Part shown: positions 28,685 to 32,000 of the stretch, in pieces
How the letters are laid out: each line of letters opens with the position of its first letter
How positions within the stretch are numbered: the stretch's first letter is position 1
Source: Mycobacterium tuberculosis H37Rv
GTDB lineage: Bacteria; Actinomycetota; Actinomycetes; Mycobacteriales; Mycobacteriaceae
Direction of reading: 5' to 3'
Length of the DNA: 32,000 nucleotides
NCBI RefSeq assembly: GCF_000195955.2
Contig: NC_000962.3
Coordinates: 1,200,001 to 1,232,000, forward strand
The notes under the pieces: model-generated
The model's database searches: none
Told to the model about the DNA's origin: nothing
The model's input: the letters and a program-made list of their open reading frames with translations, nothing else
Made by a program: the position numbers and the translations under genes

Positions 28685-29384
28685 GGTTGGTGATTGTCCC
28701 AGAAGCCGAACCGTGCGCTGGAGCTGGGATACTGGCCATGTGACCGCCGAGCCGCAGCCGACCCCTAGGCCGGCTAAACCGCGGTTGCTGCAGGACGGCC
28801 GCGACATGTTCTGGTCGCTCGCGCCGCTGGTCGTGGGGTGCATCCTGTTGGCGGGCCTGGTTGGGATGTGCTCGTTTCAACTGGGCGGGACCAAGCGGGG
28901 ACCGATCCCGTCCTACGATGCGGCCCAGGCGCTGCGGGCAGACGCCAAGACGCTGGGATTCCCGATACGGTTGCCGCAATTGCCAGGCGGCTGGACGCCC
29001 AACTCCGGGGGTCGCGGCGGCATCGAGAACGGGCGAGCGGACCCGGCAACCGGTCAACGCCGCAACGCGGCGACCTCAATCGTGGGATTCATCAGCCCGA
29101 CCGGGAGATATCTGAGCTTGACCCAGAGCAACGCCGACGAGGACAAGCTGGTCGGCTCCATCCACCCGTCGATGTACCCGACGGGGACGGTCGACGTGGG
29201 CGGCACCCGTTGGGTCGTTTACGAGGGTTCGGACGAAAACGGTGCCGTCGAGCCGGTATGGACGACACGGCTCACCGGACCGGGCGGGGCCACCCAGCTG
29301 GCAATCACCGGTGCCGGCAGCATCGATCAGTTCCGCACGCTGGCGTCGGCGACGCAATCGCAGCCCCCGTTGCCCGCACGATAG
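28683..29384 (+). CDS. Conserved actinobacterial membrane-anchored protein (DUF4245-like)
   Basis: It lies within ORF 28437..29384. The region [24 protein letters not shown] is a TM helix, followed by a soluble domain. The start is uncertain: ATG 28683 or GTG 28740. Earlier codons lie antisense to glpX. Confidence 0.7.
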
Positions 29385-29390
29385 CGGGTC

Positions 29391-30548
29391 TCACTCAGCG
29401 GTTGACGGAGGCGGGGCGTTTCTTGACGTGGCCGGGCCTCGACGCGGCAGCCACCTGCGGCGGACGGGTGGTGCTTCGAACTGTTCCAGTTCGACGCCTT
29501 TGTACACCGCGAGGTAGACGTCGATGGTGGTGACGATGAGGATCATCAGCACCGGGCCGATGATGATACCCCAGGGGCCGAACATGGTGATACCGGCGAA
29601 CACCGACAGCAACATCAGCGCCGAGTTCAGCCGCGCGTCGCGCGGCACCAGGATCGGCCGCAGGACGTTGTCGATGTTGGTAACCACCAGCAGATGCCAC
29701 AGCAGCACGAAGATTCCCCCGGCGATATTGCCGTAGAAGATCATCCCGATGCCGAACGGAATCGTCACGATGCCGCCGCCCAGCGGGATGATCGACAACG
29801 CGGTGAGCACGATGGCGAAGATGAAGAAGCCGTGGTGAAATCCGGCGATGTAGATCGATGCGGCGCCGGCGACTCCCTGGCACGCCGCGATGACGAACTG
29901 GCCGTTCACCGTGCCGCGGACCATCGAGCCCATCTTCTGCAGGTACAGATCCGTGACGTCTTCGCCGAGCGGGTTGAGCTGGCCGATCAGTGTCCTTAGC
30001 TTCTCGCGGTTCACCAAGAGCGCGACGAACACGTACACAAAGATGATGGCCGACGTGATGACACCGGCGAGGCTTCCGGCGGCGTCGCGCAGGAAGTGCA
30101 GCAGCCATTCGCCGACGTTCTGTGCTACCGAAATCATCGCTTTGCGCAGTGCGTCCGCGGTAACCGTGATGTGCAGGAACGGCACCCGGTCAAACAAGCC
30201 GTTGACGAATTGCAGGATCTTGTCGCCGAGGGTGCTCAGATCGGTCGTCCGCACCCAGTCGGCGACGGAGTCGACCATGCGAGCGATCTGCACGATCGCC
30301 AGCCCCACCAAGGCTCCCACCGGCACGACGACGGCGGCCAGCGCCGACAACAACGTGCAGGCGGCCGACAGGCCGGTATTGAAGCGCTTGGTGAACCACT
30401 TGAAAAGTGGCGTGAACAAATAGGCGCCGACGGCTGCCACCACGATCAGAACGAAATAGTTACGCAGGAAGTACGCACCGAACAGCAAAGCGATCAACGT
30501 GAGGATCGCCAGGGCGCGCTTCTGAGTGAGCGTGAATTCGGTGTTCAA
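29391..30548 (-). CDS. AI-2E family transporter (PerM/YhhT-like permease)
   Basis: 385-aa ORF with about 8 hydrophobic helices. The length and the C-terminal pattern (..NVLRPILV..., ..GIIIGPVLM..) are typical of UPF0118/AI-2E. Confidence 0.85.
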   Translation of the reverse strand: MNTEFTLTQKRALAILTLIALLFGAYFLRNYFVLIVVAAVGAYLFTPLFKWFTKRFNTGLSAACTLLSALAAVVVPVGALVGLAIVQIARMVDSVADWVRTTDLSTLGDKILQFVNGLFDRVPFLHITVTADALRKAMISVAQNVGEWLLHFLRDAAGSLAGVITSAIIFVYVFVALLVNREKLRTLIGQLNPLGEDVTDLYLQKMGSMVRGTVNGQFVIAACQGVAGAASIYIAGFHHGFFIFAIVLTALSIIPLGGGIVTIPFGIGMIFYGNIAGGIFVLLWHLLVVTNIDNVLRPILVPRDARLNSALMLLSVFAGITMFGPWGIIIGPVLMILIVTTIDVYLAVYKGVELEQFEAPPVRRRWLPRRGPATSRNAPPPSTAE

Positions 30549-30659
30549 AGCGGGTCCGCCCTTCGCTTCTTGGTGCTGACTCTGCGTCCAGCAGGCGGGT
30601 TACTCGCACTATTGCGTGGTGGATGCAGAGTCAACGGATGTCGGTGCAGTGCTGTAGAC

Positions 30660-30971
30660 CTATGCCACCACCCAATCGAGGTCGAACGCGTTGCCGATGG
30701 CCTCGGCTAGAGCCGGCTCCTGCGACGCGAGCAGGTAGCCGATTTGACGACCAAGGTCACACACCGGGATCGTTTGGGTGTTGTCGCAGCTGACGACTGA
30801 CGGTTGATTCAGCCCGTTCACCGCGTCTACCGGGACTTCGGTGGCTAGCCCACGCACGGTTGTCGTGATCGGGGCGACGGTGACGTTCGTGAGGTGCGGA
30901 CGTACGACCTCGCGGGTAAGGATCAGGACGGGTCTAGCCTTGTCAAGCTGTGCGATGTGGATAGGTCGCAT
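30660..30971 (-). CDS. mazF3: MazF/PemK-family endoribonuclease toxin
   Basis: 103-aa ORF (MRPIHIAQLDKARPVLILTREVV...ITTTVRGL.TEV) with an SH3-like PemK fold pattern. Its ATG overlaps the upstream antitoxin stop by 1 nt (TGATG). Confidence 0.88.
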   Translation of the reverse strand: MRPIHIAQLDKARPVLILTREVVRPHLTNVTVAPITTTVRGLATEVPVDAVNGLNQPSVVSCDNTQTIPVCDLGRQIGYLLASQEPALAEAIGNAFDLDWVVA

Positions 30972-31291
30972 CAGTCGATGTCGAGGGCGGTACGAGCGCA
31001 GTGGCCGGCCAGCGTATCCAGATCACCCGTGGCTGACGTGTTGGTGGCGAGGATCTCCGCGTCGCGTTCGGCGAGACGACGGCGGCGTTCCCGTTCCAGC
31101 GCCCGCAGCACGACAGCCGCACGGCTACGGGCATGCTGTCCCCGGACTTCGTCGTCGATGAACGCGACAATCTCATCGGGCAAGCGAACCGCAATCTGTG
31201 TACTCACTTCACAGATGGTACCAGTTTGGTATGCACCCGCCCCAAAACCGTTCGCGCCGCCGGCGAGGACGACCCCCCAGGGTAGGTACAT
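30971..31291 (-). CDS. mazE3: MazE-type antitoxin (RHH-like N-terminus, acidic C-terminus)
   Basis: The core VSTQIAVRLPDEIVAFIDDEV...LERERRRRLAERDAEIL looks like a ribbon-helix-helix antitoxin. The first 28 codons of the maximal ORF are Gly-rich. The true start may be GTG 31207 (78 aa). Confidence 0.8.
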   Translation of the reverse strand: MYLPWGVVLAGGANGFGAGAYQTGTICEVSTQIAVRLPDEIVAFIDDEVRGQHARSRAAVVLRALERERRRRLAERDAEILATNTSATGDLDTLAGHCARTALDID

Positions 31292-31300
31292 TCCAGAAGT

Positions 31301-32000
31301 ATGGTCGTCGACAGCTGCGTGGCCGAATCCCGCTATGGTCCGGTCCGGGGCGCCGATGATGGCCGCGTCAAAGTGTGGAAAGGCATCCGGTATGCCGCGC
31401 CACCACTAGGTGACCTGAGGTTCCGGACGCCCGAACCTCCCGAACGGTGGACCGAGGTCGCCGACGCCACAACCTTCGGTCCGGCCTGCCCGCAGCCGGC
31501 CATCCCCAACATGCCGCTCGATTTAGGGGCGTCGCAGAGCGAGGACTGTTGGAGCCTGAACATTTGGGCGCCGGCGGACACCGAGCCCGGTGACGGAAAA
31601 CCCGTGATGGTGTGGCTGCACGGGGGCGCCTACATCCTGGGATCGGGCAGCCAGCCGCTCTATAACGGCCGCAGGTTGGCCGCCAGCGGCGACGTGGTCG
31701 TGGTGACGGTCAACTACCGGCTCGGAGCGCTTGGCTTCCTGGACTTGTCGTCGTTCAACACGTCACGGCGACGGTTCGACTCGAATATCGGCCTGCGTGA
31801 CGTGCTGGCCGTGCTGCGCTGGGTAGCAGACAACATCGCGGTGTTTGGCGGCGATCCCGAGAAGGTCACGCTGTTCGGTGAATCCGCGCGGGAATCGTCA
31901 CGACCCTGCTCGCCACCCCGGCGGCCGCGGGTCTGTTCGCGGCGGCGATCGCCCAGAGCTCACCGGCGACATCGGTCTACGACCAGGTGAGGGCTCGGCG
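31301..32000 (+). pseudogene. Type-B carboxylesterase (para-nitrobenzyl-esterase-like) broken by a frameshift at the catalytic-serine motif; runs off the right edge
   Basis: Family blocks present are RYAAPPLGDLRF, EDCWSLNIWAP, VWLHGGAY and NYRLGALGF. The frame reads FGESA then RESSRPCSPP... The frame shifted by one nucleotide from ~31891 reads GIVTTLLATPAAAGLFAAAIAQSSPA, as expected after GESAGG. Confidence 0.8.

Overview
High-GC (~65%) actinobacterial chromosome. From memory, not from a search, gene order and protein sequences match Mycobacterium tuberculosis complex Rv1075c-Rv1105 at about 1.200-1.232 Mb. Most of the window is ordinary core metabolism, read left to right as follows. (1) A partial SGNH lipase and the lipase lipU. 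(2) Transsulfuration genes cbs and metB flanking the proline-rich RDD membrane protein pra. (3) greA. (4) mca translationally coupled to a small membrane protein and a large thioredoxin-fold protein. (5) A hemolysin-III protein and a cis-prenyl (Z-FPP) synthase. (6) coaA, glyA1, desA2 and the PIN-PhoH fusion phoH2. (7) A CE4 deacetylase. (8) A minus-strand string glpX-fum-Pro/Gly membrane protein. (9) A DUF4245-like protein and an AI-2E permease. (10) The mazE3/mazF3 toxin-antitoxin pair. (11) A frameshifted type-B carboxylesterase. The accessory part is about 11.5-19.2 kb. It holds two paralogous PE_PGRS genes that look like the two copies of an old tandem segmental duplication, whose junction still carries a coaA 3' fragment fused to a decayed copy of the prenyl-synthase 3' half. 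Between the copies sits a ~2 kb cassette. Read across frames, that cassette is one shattered PE-CBM2-GH12 (secretion-tagged cellulase) gene, preceded by a strikingly AT-rich island with perfect 14-bp direct repeats. Two members of a long-hairpin terminator-like repeat family share the core CCGCGAGCAGAC. I found no tRNA, rRNA, CRISPR array, IS element or prophage. I also found no convincing evidence for an entirely new multi-gene system. The best leads are evolutionary or structural: the fossil fusion gene, the duplication junction, a small ORF coupled to phoH2, start-codon conflicts and homopolymer tracts.
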